Below, piece by piece: positions 1 to 12,816 of a stretch of 64,000 nt of DNA (its first letter is position 1; each line of letters begins with the position of its first letter). The notes below the pieces were generated by a model. The model saw only the letters and a program-made list of their open reading frames with translations. It was not told the origin of the DNA and searched no databases. The DNA comes from Azolla caroliniana. Lineage: Eukaryota; Plantae; Polypodiophyta. A program made the position numbers and the translations under genes. The stretch lies in contig JBHGNT010000017.1 in the NCBI GenBank assembly GCA_043228905.1, positions 7,626,001 to 7,690,000 on the forward strand, written 5' to 3'.

Positions 1-29
1 GTTCCATTCCCTCTAAGCAAGTTAGCGAT

Positions 30-3000
30 GTGTTCGTAGCCCAAGTAACAGTTAGTACTAAAAGTACTCCTCCAGTACATGTCTTAGCACTTCTAGATTC
101 CGGAGCTAATTCTTGCTTCATGGATAGGAAATTTGCCCAAGCTCATCAGATATCTCTCAGAAAACTCTCGTGTCCTACCCTTGTAGTAGTCGTCGATGGT
201 CGTCCCATTGCCTCAGGAAATATCATAGAAGAGTCAGAACCCGTTAATGTTGTCCTAGATAATTTAGCATGTGTCATATCATTTAATATAATTAGCATCC
301 CAGAACACCCCATTGTCTTAGGATTACCATGGTTCGAATTACATAACCCAGACATAGATTGGCGGACAAGAGAAATCCGGCATCGAAAAGCCCGAGGTTC
401 TACTCATGAGATTGCAACGATTTCACTACATCAGTTGCGTGAGGAAGGATGCAAGGAAGAAATGTTTCTCTTTGCAATATCAGTAAACCCCTCCAGCACC
501 CCTAAAGAGGATTCCATCGTTCAACTTCCAGAGAAGTATCATCAGTATGCCGATGTGTTTGATAAAGTACAAGCCAGTACGCTTCCTCACCATCGACCAT
601 ATGATTGCCCCATCGATTTACAACCGGGGAAAGAACCACCTTGGGGACCGATCTACAATTTATCACCAACCGAACTGGAAGTCCTTCGAGCCTATATAGA
701 GGAGAATTTGGAGAATGGTTTCATACGACATTCGAAATCTCCAGCCGGCGCACCCATTTTCTTCGTCAAGAAAAAGGATGGCTCACTTCGGCTCGTTGTA
801 GATTACCGTGGCTTGAATAAGGTTACAATCCGAAATAGGTATGCACTCCCCCTTATCTCAAGTCTTTTAGAACGGATCAATGGTGCCAGGTTCTTCACGA
901 AGATCGACTTACGGGGAGCCTATAACCTCGTACGGATCCGACCAGGAGATGAATGGAAGACCGCGTTCCGCACCAGATATGGGCACTTCGAGTATACGGT
1001 TATGCCGTTCGGCCTCACTAATGCGCCAGCAGTCTTCCAGCACATGGCAAATGATATTTTCCGAGATCTCTTGGATGTGTGTCTAATCATCTATTTGGAT
1101 GATCTACTGGTTTACTCGAAGACCCAAGAAGAGCATGATTCTCATGTACTGTTAGTACTAAAACGACTTCGAGAACATGGTCTCTATGCAAAACTGGAAA
1201 AATGTAGTTTCGGGTGCAACCAAGTGGAATTTCTCGGCTATGTCATTTCCTCAGAAGGCATCTCCATGGACCCAGCTAAGGTCAAAACGGTGGAAGAATG
1301 GCAGACTCCGTGTTCGGTGCGGGATGTGCAATGCTTTCTAGGCTTTGCCAATTTTTACCGGAAGTTTATAAAGGATTACTCAAAGCTCGTTTTGCCTCTT
1401 ACACAACTTACTAGGAAGGGACAATCATTCGTTTGGTCTGAAGAAGCGGACATGGCTTTTGAGAATCTTAAACAGGCATTTACATCGGCTCCGATTCTAG
1501 CTCACGTTGATCCAGAAAAACCATTCATCATCGAAGCAGACGCATCGGATTTTGCATTGGGAAGCATTCTATCACAACGAGGTAATGATGAAAAGCTACA
1601 TCCTGTGGCTTTTCACTCACGCAAGTTTGACGCCGCCGAAATCAACTACGAAATTCATGATAAAGAGTTATTGGCTATAGTGGACTCTTTTATGCAATGG
1701 AGGCATTTTCTAGAGGGATCTTCTCATCAAGTCACTGTATTCAGTGACCACAAAAACCTCGCCTATTTTCAAGACGCTCGTGTGTTAAATCGACGTCAAG
1801 CTCGGTGGGCCCATTTTCTCACGCGTTTCGACTTCAAGATTACATATCGACCTGGGAAACATCAAGGGAAAGCAGATGCATTATCACGGCGTTCGTACCT
1901 AGCACCGCGTCCCGGCGAGCCAGCTTTTGATAACCAAAAGCAAGTAATCTTGGGACCGGCACGACTGCAAGCAACACAGGTCTTTGGCATGCCCATGGAT
2001 TCCCACGTTATCGATATCATACGTGCGGACCTGAAGACAGATGCTTTCGCTCAAGCTATACTAGCACAAATTGATCCCTCTCGAGCGTCGTGTTCACAGT
2101 CGCAACCACCAGGTACGGACTATCGGCAATTCAAATACCATGATGGATTACTCTTCTTTAAAGAACTTTTGTATGTTCCTAATGGTTCTTCCCGCCTTCA
2201 AGTAGTACAAAACTGTCATGACACATATACAGCTGGGCATTTCGGTAGTACTAAAACATTAGATTTAGTACAACGATCATTCTGGTGGCCCCGTATGCGA
2301 CAATTTGTCGAAGACTTTGTTCGGACTTGTGACACATGCTGCAGAGCGAAAATGCCAAGGCATCATCCATATGGTTTATTAGAACCATTACCAATTCCAA
2401 GCAAGCCGTGGCAATCCATTGCTCTAGACTTCATCACAGATCTTCCAGTCTCTAAGGGATTCAATGCGATTCTAACAGTGGTAGATCGATATACGAAGAT
2501 GGCTCATTTTTTGCCATGTACTAAGGAAATCTCCAGTGAAGACACCGCCGAAATTGTCATGCGTGAAGTATGTCGGCATCATGGACTTCCCGATAGTATC
2601 GCCAGCGACCGTGGACCCCAGTTCGTGTCAAAATTCTGGAAGCACCTTTTTAAAATGCTCAAGGTCACTTGTAACCTCTCCTCCGGCTACCACCCACAAA
2701 CCGACGGCCAAGCCGAACGAACAAATCAAACGTTGGAGCAGTACCTGCGGTGCTTCCTCAGCTATCATCAGGATGACTGGGCAGATATTCTCCACTTCGC
2801 CGAATTCGCCTATAATAACTCTATCCACGCATCGACTAAAGTTACGCCATTTTATGCTTATACCGGATGTCACCCCCGGTGGTGTGTACTTGAAATCCCA
2901 GAGGTGTCCACAAATCCTTGCGCGGAGGATCGTTTGGGGCGGTTACGTAAGATACAAGCGGATTTAGCTACTCATCTCCAACAAGCTCAGCAAACACACA

Positions 3001-3524
3001 AGGTTTATGCAGATCGTCATCGACTCCCATCGAGTTTTAACATTGGAGATCGGGTATGGCTACTCCGACGACACATCAAGATTACTCGCCCATGCGAGAA
3101 GTTGGATTATCGGCGCTTAGGTCCTTTCCGTATCACAGGAAAGATTAATGATGTCGCTTTTCGTCTCGATCTACCTCCACAACTTCGGATACATCCGGTG
3201 TTTCATAGTTCTCTCCTTGAACCCTATCAAGAGAGCACCATCCCAGGACGTATTACACAGCCTCCACCCCCGATCGAGCTTGAAGATGGACCTGAGTACG
3301 AAGTTGCCGCCATCCTTGATTCCAAGATTGTTCGCAACAAGCTATACTATCTAGTCGATTGGCTAGGATATAGTCCTAGTGAGCGTACTTGGGAGCCGAT
3401 AGAGAATGTCACCAATGCTCGTGCACTTCTTGAAGACTTCCATCATCAATATCCAGACAAACCGGGTCCTCAATCCAAAACGACTCGTTACACTCGTCGT
3501 TTTAAAGGGGGGATAGTGTCATGA
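30..3524 (+). CDS. pol: Gypsy Pol polyprotein: aspartic protease, RT, RNase H, integrase, chromodomain
   Basis: Uninterrupted 1164-aa ORF with LDSGA (protease), YLDD (RT), EADASD (RNase H), HHCC + DDE integrase, GPF module and C-terminal chromodomain EYEVAAILDS..YLVDWLGY..TWEP. Confidence 0.97.
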   Translation: MFVAQVTVSTKSTPPVHVLALLDSGANSCFMDRKFAQAHQISLRKLSCPTLVVVVDGRPIASGNIIEESEPVNVVLDNLACVISFNIISIPEHPIVLGLPWFELHNPDIDWRTREIRHRKARGSTHEIATISLHQLREEGCKEEMFLFAISVNPSSTPKEDSIVQLPEKYHQYADVFDKVQASTLPHHRPYDCPIDLQPGKEPPWGPIYNLSPTELEVLRAYIEENLENGFIRHSKSPAGAPIFFVKKKDGSLRLVVDYRGLNKVTIRNRYALPLISSLLERINGARFFTKIDLRGAYNLVRIRPGDEWKTAFRTRYGHFEYTVMPFGLTNAPAVFQHMANDIFRDLLDVCLIIYLDDLLVYSKTQEEHDSHVLLVLKRLREHGLYAKLEKCSFGCNQVEFLGYVISSEGISMDPAKVKTVEEWQTPCSVRDVQCFLGFANFYRKFIKDYSKLVLPLTQLTRKGQSFVWSEEADMAFENLKQAFTSAPILAHVDPEKPFIIEADASDFALGSILSQRGNDEKLHPVAFHSRKFDAAEINYEIHDKELLAIVDSFMQWRHFLEGSSHQVTVFSDHKNLAYFQDARVLNRRQARWAHFLTRFDFKITYRPGKHQGKADALSRRSYLAPRPGEPAFDNQKQVILGPARLQATQVFGMPMDSHVIDIIRADLKTDAFAQAILAQIDPSRASCSQSQPPGTDYRQFKYHDGLLFFKELLYVPNGSSRLQVVQNCHDTYTAGHFGSTKTLDLVQRSFWWPRMRQFVEDFVRTCDTCCRAKMPRHHPYGLLEPLPIPSKPWQSIALDFITDLPVSKGFNAILTVVDRYTKMAHFLPCTKEISSEDTAEIVMREVCRHHGLPDSIASDRGPQFVSKFWKHLFKMLKVTCNLSSGYHPQTDGQAERTNQTLEQYLRCFLSYHQDDWADILHFAEFAYNNSIHASTKVTPFYAYTGCHPRWCVLEIPEVSTNPCAEDRLGRLRKIQADLATHLQQAQQTHKVYADRHRLPSSFNIGDRVWLLRRHIKITRPCEKLDYRRLGPFRITGKINDVAFRLDLPPQLRIHPVFHSSLLEPYQESTIPGRITQPPPPIELEDGPEYEVAAILDSKIVRNKLYYLVDWLGYSPSERTWEPIENVTNARALLEDFHHQYPDKPGPQSKTTRYTRRFKGGIVS
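3504..3516 (+). other. Polypurine tract of G1
   Basis: AAAGGGGGGATAG immediately before the LTR start TGTCA. Confidence 0.9.
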
Positions 3525-3939
3525 TATGGCAAGACTCGAACCCATGACCTTATGCTACATGGGTCGAGCTCTTGACCATCAGACTATACATTGTAATACG
3601 TAGAATATTATTTTCATTTATGTTTTATTTCAGAAAATTGATGTATATTCCAGATTTCTCTGGAACATTCTAGAAACTTCAAGAGTATTCCTTGGAACAC
3701 TATAAAAGGAGGCACGAGGCATTATTTCGAACCAAATCGGTTCAACGCCAGTCTTAAGCCTCCTAAGCTACTGTACATTCTCTTCACATAATATATATCT
3801 TTTCTTATCATCTCTCTCTCTCGATCTCTCTCTCTCTCCCTCACTCACTCTTTCCTTCTCTCGAGAGTTCTTCATCTCTCTTAGTACTAATACTTCTTTT
3901 AGTACTAAATCCTTCTCTGTCTTAGTACTGTTCCTGACA
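3517..3939 (+). repeat. 3' LTR of G1 (423 bp)
   Basis: TGTCA...TGACA termini, TATAAAA at 3701, (CT)n tract. Confidence 0.9.
3530..3590 (-). promoter_or_regulatory. tRNA-like Pol III A-box/B-box cassette in U3 of G1 LTR, antisense to the element
   Basis: Minus strand TAGTCTGATGG (3586-3576) and GGTTCGAGTC (3542-3533); T8-to-G53 spacing 45 nt as in tRNA. Confidence 0.65.
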
Positions 3940-6900
3940 GTCCTCAATAATTTGATTTACTCGTTCTATTTGTCCATCGGATTGAGGATGATCCGTGGAG
4001 CTCATGCTCAATGTAGTTTTTAACTTCTTGAAGACTTGCGTCCCGAAGTCACTAGTAAACTTTGGATCTCGATCACTCACGATATCCATTAGTAACCCAT
4101 AAAAACGAAATAACTCGTCAACGAATTGGTAAGCCAATTCAAAAGCTGTTACTGTGGTTTTCGTTGCAATAAATCTAGCCATTTTAGTTAGTCTATCAAC
4201 CACAACCTAGATGGCATCATGGCCTTTTTGGGTGCGAGGAAGGCTAACAATAAAATCCATGGATATACTTTCCCACTTATTATTGGGAATGTCCAAGGGA
4301 TGTAAAAGTCCTGCAGCTTTAAGTCGCTCGGCTTTGTTAACCTAACATTGGTGACATTTAGTCACATAGTTATGTATGTCAGGACGCATATTAGGCCAAT
4401 AAAATTGAGTGGAGATGAGAACGAGTGTACGATGTATTCCAGGGTGCCCTGCTGAGGGTGCATCATGGCATTCAAAAAGAATTCTCTTTTTGACCTCAGG
4501 AAAATCTGGAACACAAACCTTCCCATTACGGTAGAGCAGACCGTTAGCAATGTGGAAGTATTCCTTTGAGGATGTGGTGGTGTCTATTCCAGACTCAACT
4601 CTTGCCCAATATTTTGTAAAATAACTGTCATCAGGATACTTTCCTCGAAGGTGATCATAAAGATCTGATGTTATTTCAGTGAAGCTAAGTATGTTAACTT
4701 CACGGATGCGACTTAGTGCATCAGCGACAATGTTCATGGAACCTGTACGATATTGTATGGAAAAATCAAAGTCCTGGATGAGATCAACCCATTGTGCCTT
4801 ATGACCTTTCAGGTCTTGTTGGTCACAAAAATATTTCAAGGACTCGTGGTCCGTAGTTACCACAAAGCGATTTCCATAAAGATAATGGCGCCATGTTTTG
4901 AGCGCATGTATACTTGCAAATAATTCCTTGTCTTGAACGGTATACCGACATTGAGCAGAATCAAGTTTCTTACTCTCGAATGCTATTGGTTTACCATCTT
5001 GATATAAGACAACACCTATAGCATAATCGCTTGCATCGGTTTCAACCTCAAAAGGTTTTGAAGGATCAGGTAAATGAAGTGAAGGAGCCTTGCACACCAG
5101 GTCCTTGAGTTCCTTAAAGGCGAGGTCTACTGTAGCATTCTAGACAATAGGTTTTGTAGACTTACGCGTTTGACCTTTTAGAAGATTACTAAACGGCGTT
5201 GTCAATTGGTAGTAATTACGAAGGGATTTTCGCAAAAACCTGACAAAACCAAGGAATGATCGAACTTCTCGAATATTCCGAAGAGTGGGCCAAAGCTTGA
5301 TTTTCTCGATGCGAGAAGGATCAATTTCAACTCGTTTGGTTATGAGATGTCCAAGATAAGTAATTGATTTCTTGAAGAACTCACATTTGAGAGCTTCGCA
5401 TAAAACTGTTTGTCACGCAATGTTTGTAAAACAAACCGGACATGTTTAGCATGTTCTTGCAATGTACGGGCTATAAACTAAAATATCATCCAAGAAAATA
5501 ACAACAAATTTTCCAAGTTGTTCTCGGAAAATATCATTCATTTCTTGTTAAAATGTAGCTGGAGCATTGGTCAAACCTCAAGGCATAACCAAAAACTCAT
5601 AATGGCCATAACGCGTATGAAATGCCGTTTTAGGAACATCATCCTCACTTATACGTATTTGATGATAGCTAGTACGGAGATCATGTTTCGTAAAATACTG
5701 AGCTCCCTGGAGATGGTCAATTAGATCGTCAGCCCAAGGCAATGGATACGAATTCTTGATCGTCACTTTATTCAAGTGTTGGTAATTAATACACATACGC
5801 CATGTGCCCTCTTTCTTTTTAACCAAGAGAACTAGTGCACCCCATGGAGATTTACTATAACGTATATAACCCATTCGTAAATAGTCCTTGAGTTGCTTAG
5901 ATACCTCATCCTCTTTGGATCGACTTAAGCAATAAGGAGGTATACTTATTGGTGCAACGCGAGGTACAATATCTATATGATGGTCTATATTACGTTTAGG
6001 AGGTAACCCATATGGTAGTTCACTCGGAAAAACATCACGGAAATAATTTAAGATTTGATCAAGTTGTTGTTCAAAATATGTTAATTGAACTGAGACATTA
6101 TCGATATTGTAAACGTGAATGTCTGGATCAAGTACACAATAAAATAGAGTAGAACAACACAACTCGGATATTGATCGAGAGGGATTATTTTTTTACACAT
6201 TGAATAAAATGAGTACAATCGTTCAGTACAAATTTAATTGAATGAAGAACCCAATCAATAGATAAAGAAGAGCTTTTATTATAGAACTAGGGATAACCCA
6301 GTATTACATCAGTGGTACAAAGATTCATTACATGGAAGTCTACTTCCTCTATATAAGTGTCAATAGAAATTCCTAATGAATGAATCACCCCGTTGATGTA
6401 TTGTACTCTTCCATCAGCCAAGTGCACCGTATAGGTGTGATCACTTACGATGGGTTAGATTCCCCATATCTGAACCAAACGATCATTCACAAAGTTGTGT
6501 GAGCTTCCCGAATCAAACAAAAATTGTACGGGAGATCCATTGATATACCTGTTTGCACGTAGTAAATCATTGGGACCCAATACATAGTGAGGGAAAGAAC
6601 ATTGACAATTACTTAAATGATATGTATAGACCTGAAGGACATTAGGAATCTGACCTTTATGGTTTGCAGCTTTAGCTTTGCTGTCATGCTCTTTCCGTTG
6701 GAGCTTTCGACATTGCTCTTTTGTATGACCCTTCTTTTTGCAGAATACGCAAAAAGGATGTTGTCACTTACAATCGAGATCCATGAATTCGTTGGGTGTC
6801 TTGCGTTTCCCAGCGAATTGCGACTGCTTAGTCCCGGGCGCTTCGTTGGGTTTGTTGTGGTATTTGGCGCCAGTGATAGTCCGAATTGGGGATGCCATTA

Positions 6901-7497
6901 ACAAAACAAGCTGTCAACCAATTGTCCCCTTCTAGACCCGACTTTTGGATTTGGGTTCTAGCATGGTGAACATAATCTTCTAGTGAGGAAAATTTCCGGC
7001 TAGAGAGGTTCATTAAAGCTTGTGCTGTCTCGGTTCGAGAGGGAGGTTGAAGAAATTGGCCCTTGAAAACTGTGACAAAATCTGTCCAGGTATCGAGCAA
7101 TTTCCCCAAAGTACGGAGCCCACGCCACCAGGCGGCAACCTTACCCCCTAGTTCTTGGCCGACATATGCAATCTTCGTACTATCTGGCGTGGGATAGAGC
7201 TCAAAATGAGACTCCCATCGGCCCAGCCACTTGCAGATTGCTTCTTTAGTTCTTTCCTTTTTTTTCTCCTGTAAATGGCTTAACGACAAACGATGGTTCA
7301 CCTTGTCGCTCATCAGGTCTATTAGTCTCACATTGTAAACTAATGACACGTGCCTCGAGAGCACTTTGAGATTGCTGAAGTTCGGTCATTTGTTGAGCGG
7401 TGAAACTAAGGTATTGGGTTATTTGTGAAAAATACATCTCAATGGACATTTGTCCAGGAGGATTTCCTTGAGTTCCTTCCACTTGAGCGGATGACAC
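3940..7497 (-). pseudogene. Decayed gag-pol of G2
   Basis: ORF fragments with VETDASD, HPG..RT and IVSDRDPKFTS motifs separated by stops and frameshifts. Confidence 0.88.
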
Positions 7498-8767
7498 CGG
7501 TCGTTATTTTGAGCCATTAAATGATTATTTTTGGCAAAGAAATAGGATAAGGTCAGAAAAATAGTCATAACATCATGTCGTGATGTAAACATATCATGGG
7601 CAAACATTAATCGATATCATGATCTCACGTCAATACCCCTCTAGACATATGAGATGAGGTTCAAGGTTAGGTTATTATGGTAACACAAAGGTGTTTTAAA
7701 AACCATGGGGGTGACAAATAAATGTCTTTCCCTGATCTCTATATCGATTTTTTTCATGGTGGCTCCTTGAGGCTCAACCATGTATGTTCGCGTCATGAAT
7801 AGTTTATACATGAAGAAAATGTTAACAATAAACTATGTTTCTGTTCCCACATATGTGGTTTCGGCTCTTTAAGTCCTATTACGAGGACCCCGAAGTGCAC
7901 TTAGACCTCAAGTCTAAACATGTGTTATAGTCATATGTATTAACGATGTTGTATGGTCTTGGTCATATTTGAACTCGGGACCTCGAGAACAAATGCATTA
8001 AACACTTGAGCCAACCAAGTAGGTTGCTCTTCTTGAATGTTCAATGTTTCATGCGTATAAGAGATATGCGAGGCATTTGCCCACATATGTTTTTTTAAAA
8101 GAAATATATATGTCAAGAGTCCTTATTTCCCCCTCGTTTACTACAAAATATGTTGGTACGTTACCTAACCTCAAGTCTCGTAATTACGATGGCATACGCC
8201 AAAGTGCAACCTAATGGCCAAGCCAAATGAGCCCTCTTTTCATAGTAGGCCCACGTGGCCCATCACATGGTTACATCATTATGAATGCCTCTCGTAAGAA
8301 TGATCTCATGGTGGCATCGTATCCATGTAACGAGGGAGGGATGTTGGATATGTGTGTCATAGGAGCGACCTCACATGAAGTGGGTCAAGCCCTACGTTCT
8401 CAACATCATTGTGGCTATAGGCATTTCTTTACATAATAAAATCGAAGTCACCAACGAGAATGTCAACAATAAAAAATTGTTGAAAAAAGGGATGTTGACA
8501 ACACCGTTCTCACAAAAATGTGAGGACGACCACCAAGATCCTTTCCCCAAAAAGGAAAACATTCGATATTAAAATCACGTAATAACTTATATACACATAT
8601 GTATATTATCACATATATATGATCAAATATGTATACACTGACCACATATGCGTACATTAAACAAATCGTTACATCAAATAGCCATAAATGATATAATCGA
8701 GATACGTAATCGAGGCATATACCTCTATGCAAACGAAACATCCAAAAATAAGGGTTCATCGTAATAC
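3940..8767 (-). mobile_element. G2: degenerate Ty3/Gypsy element (gag-PR-RT-RH-partial IN); LTR not resolved
   Basis: Fragmented ORFs: gag 7497-6828, RT 6162-5578 (SPWGA..LVKKKEG), RNase H/IN zinc finger 5097-4342, IN core 4203-3940; many stops and frameshifts; extent beyond ~7600 uncertain. Confidence 0.8.
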
Positions 8768-8913
8768 TGTTGAGATACAAGCTCAACATTGGCCGAATCG
8801 GTTGTGCAAGCCGAGAACCGGATTGGTCAGGATCGATCGGTTAGGCCGGACCGATGCGTAAACCGGTGCACAACGAGAAGCCGTAAGCGGTGCGTAAGCC
8901 GCGAGGCCGTTGG

Positions 8914-9352
8914 TGTCGTGACTTGAGAATAGGAGAGAGAAAAATAAGATGACAGTAGAAGGTAGAGGGAGAGAGAGAGAGAGAGAGAAAGAGCACTAGA
9001 GATGGAAAGAGAGTTTATATTATAAGAGAGCAAGGATTACAAAGAGTAGGCTAAGGGGCTACAAACTAGTGTTGAACCGAATGAGTTGTGATGAATGAAT
9101 AGACACCTATTTATAGGTCCTTATGGAGTATTCTGGAAAGTTCTAGAATATTTTAGATATTTATGATATTTAATATAATCATGGAATATCCTAGAATGTT
9201 CTAGAATACTCTAAATGTCTTGTAATAACTAATAATACATTTATTATAACTATACATCATATATGTTAGTATAATGGTTAAAGGTCTAACATATAGACCA
9301 AGACGTCTTGAGCTCGAATCCTTGTAAGGCCAAAATGTATGTCGTCATGACA
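8914..9352 (-). repeat. 3' LTR of G1b
   Basis: Matches 24952-25408; adjacent PPT AAAAGGGGGGATAA on the minus strand. Confidence 0.93.
9262..9325 (+). promoter_or_regulatory. tRNA-like Pol III A/B-box cassette in U3 of G1b LTR (antisense); second copy at ~25318-25381
   Basis: TAGTATAATGG at 9267 and GCTCGAATCC at 9312; spacing 45 nt. Confidence 0.55.
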
Positions 9353-12038
9353 TTATCCCCCCTTTTCGACGACGAGTTCCACGAGTCGGAAGACAAGATT
9401 TCGGACTTGGCTTATGAGGATATTTGTTGTGAAATGTAGCAACCATTTCGGAGGCATTAGCAAGATTCTCAAGAGGTTCCCATGTTTGATCATTAGGTGT
9501 ATAACCTAACCAATCAACCAAATAATACAGTTTGTTGCGAACGATCTTGGAGTCGAGAATGGCAGCAACTTCATATTCGGAGCCATCCGAAATTTCGATT
9601 GGAGGTGGGGGAGATGTAAGACGGCCTGGAATAGAGCTAGTTGTGTACGGCTCCAAAAGTGAAACATGGAAGACCGGGTGAAGATGCATATGAGGGGGAA
9701 GATCAAGGCGAAATGCCACATCATTGATCTTACCAGATATCACATATGGGCCAAAATGTTGATAATCCAATTTGCAGCAAGGTCGGGTTGTTTTAATGCG
9801 ACCTTGTAAAAGCCATACTCGATCCCCCACTTGAAACGTAGTCGATGAATCACGTTGATGACGGTCGACGACCTTCTTTTGAGTGTTTTGAGCATCACAT
9901 AAATGGTGCAAAAGGATATCTTGAACTTCTTGGAGTCGGGTGAGCCGATCTTCAGCAACCGGGTTTGTCGGGAGTTCGGGATGTTCAAGCATAGTCCAAC
10001 GAGGATGGTACCCAATGTTTGCAAAAAATGGGGAATATCCAGTAGAAGAATGTTCTGAGTTGTTGTAAGAAAATTCCGCTGGAAATGTAATAGATTAACC
10101 CAATCATCTTGTTGATAGTTGACAAAACAACGAAGATATTGTTCTACTGTTTGGTTGGTGTGCTCACTCTGTCCGTTAGTTTTTGGATGGTAGCCAGAAG
10201 AGAGTTTGCAAGAAGTATGTAAGAGTTTGAACATGTGCCGCCAAAATTTTGAGATGAACTGGGGACCCCGATCACTAATAATATCATCAGGAAGACCATG
10301 ATGCCGAAACACCTCTCGCATGAGTAACTCGGCTATCTCTTGGCTCGTAATGGCCTTTGCGCAGGGAAGAAAATGTGCTATCTTGGTAAAACGATCTACT
10401 ACCGTGAGAATAGAATCAAAACCCATGGAAGGTGGTAGATCCGTAATGAAGTCCAATGAAATAGATTTCCATTGACTCTCAGGAATAGGCATTGGCTGTA
10501 ATAAGCCATATGGATGATGTCGAGGTTTTTTGGATCGGCAACATTTATCACAACTACGAACATAATCCGTAACAAAATGGCGAAGTCGTGGCCACCAATA
10601 CCTTCGAGAAATTAACGCCAAAGTCTTGTGGATGCCAAAATGTCCAGCCATTGGTGTATCATGACATTGTTGCAAGACTTGGAGTCGAGAAGGACCATCG
10701 GGCACATATAAGAGATTTTGTCGAAAAAGTAAACCATCATGCCAATTGAACTGGTTGTAGTCTTGACGAGGATTTTGAGATTGTGAACAAGAAGCACGAT
10801 CTGGGATAATATGGCTCAGAATATCTTGGGCGAATTCATTAGTCTCAATATGCTCCCGAATGGAGTCTAGAAGACTTGAATCCTCGGGTGTGTCTATAGC
10901 ATGAAAAGCCATTAGTCGTAGACGGTCAAGACCCAAGAGGATTTGCTTCTGACTTTCAAATGCGGCCTCTCCTGGTTGAAGTTCCATATATGAATGCCGA
11001 GATAAGGCATCTGCTTTGCCTTGTTGCGTCCCAGGGCGATATAGAATTACGAAATCAAAACGAGTTAAAAATTGCGCCCAACGAGCTTGTCGACGACTCA
11101 ATACTCGAGCACTTTGGAAGTACGTTAGGGTGCAGTTGGTCATCATTGCTAATCTGGGATAATACGCTTCCTAGTGCGAAGTCAGATGCATCAGCTTCCA
11201 GTATAAAGCGCTTCAATGGATCAACATGCATCAAAATTGGTGCGGATGTAAATGCTTGCTTTAATCCTTCAAATGCAGAGTTTGCATTTATACTCCACAC
11301 AAATGGTTGATTCTTCTGTGTCAGTTGAGTGAGGGGCAATACGATCTTTGAATAATCTTTGATGAACTTGCGATAAAAGTTTGGGAACCCTAAAAAACAT
11401 TGTACATCTCGCACAGACTGTGGTGTTTGCCAATCCAAAACTGTTTGAACCTTTGCTGGATCCATAGAGATGCCATGTGAAGAGACTATGTACCCCAAAA
11501 ATTCCACTTGACGCTGGTCAAAGCTGCACTTCTCCAATTTTGCATAGAGACCATATTCACGCAACCGTTGCAAAGCTTGTCGAACGTGTATATCATGATC
11601 CTCTTGAGTTTTTGAGTAGATCAAGATATCATCTAGGTAAATTATGACGAAAATATCGAGGAAATCTCGAAAAATGTCATTCGCCATATGTTGGAAAACT
11701 GCTGGTGCATTCGTGAGACTAAATGGCATCACTGTATACTCAAAATGGCCATAGCGAGTACGAAAAGCAGTCTTCCATTCATCCCCAGGACGAATTCGAA
11801 CAAGATTGTAAGCACCTCGAAGATCTAACTTTGTGAAATACTTAGCTCCATTGAGGCGTTCTAGAAGGCTCGAAATCAATGGTAGAGCATATCGGTTTCG
11901 AATAGTTACTTTATTCAATCCTCGATAATCCACGACCAGACAAAGCGAACCATCTTTCTTCTTAACGAAAAATATGGGTGCGCCGGTAGGAGATCTTGAA
12001 TGCTGGATAAACCCATTCGCCAAGTTCTCATCAATACA
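9345..12038 (-). pseudogene. pol: G1b pol, 3' part (RT, partly deleted RNase H, IN, chromodomain)
   Basis: ORFs 11055-12122, 9740-11146 and 9345-9992 closely resemble G1 Pol; deletion after ..QLHP near 11130 and frameshift near 10080. Confidence 0.92.
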
Positions 12039-12320
12039 TGACGGGAACTTGTCGTTCCTTATGTCCAACGCTCGGCCACAACCGAGATTCTTTTCATACA
12101 CAGAAAACAGGAAATAGAACACGACACAAAGAAGAGAAATAAGAGAAATGGTACACAGGAGGTTAACGTGGAAAACCCCAAACTAGGGGAAAAACCATGG
12201 CAGCCCACAGGCTGCAAACTGTCACTATGTATGAATGTACAAAACAGTGAGTACACGGAGGCAACGACCTCGGACTCACGATCTTCGCCACAGGTGGCGG
12301 TTACAACAGAGGCAACGACC

Positions 12321-12360
<40 letters not shown>

Positions 12361-12816
12361 CAATTACGCGCTCTCTCTTCTTCTTGCACCAACAAGGAAA
12401 AATTACAACTAAAACATATTAGTTTGCCCTAAGTCATATTTATACTAATATGACTTTTCGGCTATTTACAAATATAGCCACAATGGGCTCTTAGAAACAT
12501 ATTTACGAATATGTCTCTTCCTCCGGTTCATACCGGGCCTGCACCATCCGGCTCTCCGTAGCCGGGTACTCCTCATCCGGTTCATACCGGGCCTGCACCA
12601 TCCGGCTCTCCGTAGCCGGGTACTCCTCATCCGGTTCATACCGGGCCTGCACCATCCGGCTCTCCGTAGCCGAGTACTCCTCATCCGGTTCATACTGGGC
12701 CTGTATCATCCGTCTCTCCGTAGCCGGGTACTCCTCATACCGTTTCGGCCTCGGCCGAGTCTGTTCGTCGGCACTGTTCTTCTCCCTTCCCATCTGGAGG
12801 GACCTGTCTCCCAACA
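12039..12816 (-). repeat. 3' LTR of Copia A with four 54-bp tandem units (12523-12738)
   Basis: Unit CCGGTTCATACCGGGCCTGCACCATCCGGCTCTCCGTAGCCGGGTACTCCTCAT; the 5' LTR has only two units. Confidence 0.92.

Larger units (their letters stand above)
1..3939 (+). mobile_element. G1: Ty3/Gypsy chromovirus LTR retrotransposon (Tcn1/Tf1-like), 3' part; 5' part lies outside the window
   Basis: Intact pol ORF followed by a PPT and an LTR with TGTCA...TGACA termini; interrupts the integrase of G2 at 3939/3940. Confidence 0.95.

Noticed and set aside
3530-3590. Real tRNA genes at the A/B-box sites (also near 9262, 25318, 26965 and 33529)
   Set aside because: No acceptor or anticodon stems could be formed; only the promoter boxes and their spacing are retained
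8436-8470. Possible G2 LTR end and PBS (minus strand TGACA..TGGTGACTTC)
   Set aside because: Weak tRNA match, long spacer and no second LTR in the window to confirm
8965-8990. (GA)n/(CT)n microsatellites in most LTRs
   Set aside because: Common in plant LTR leaders; no specific signal
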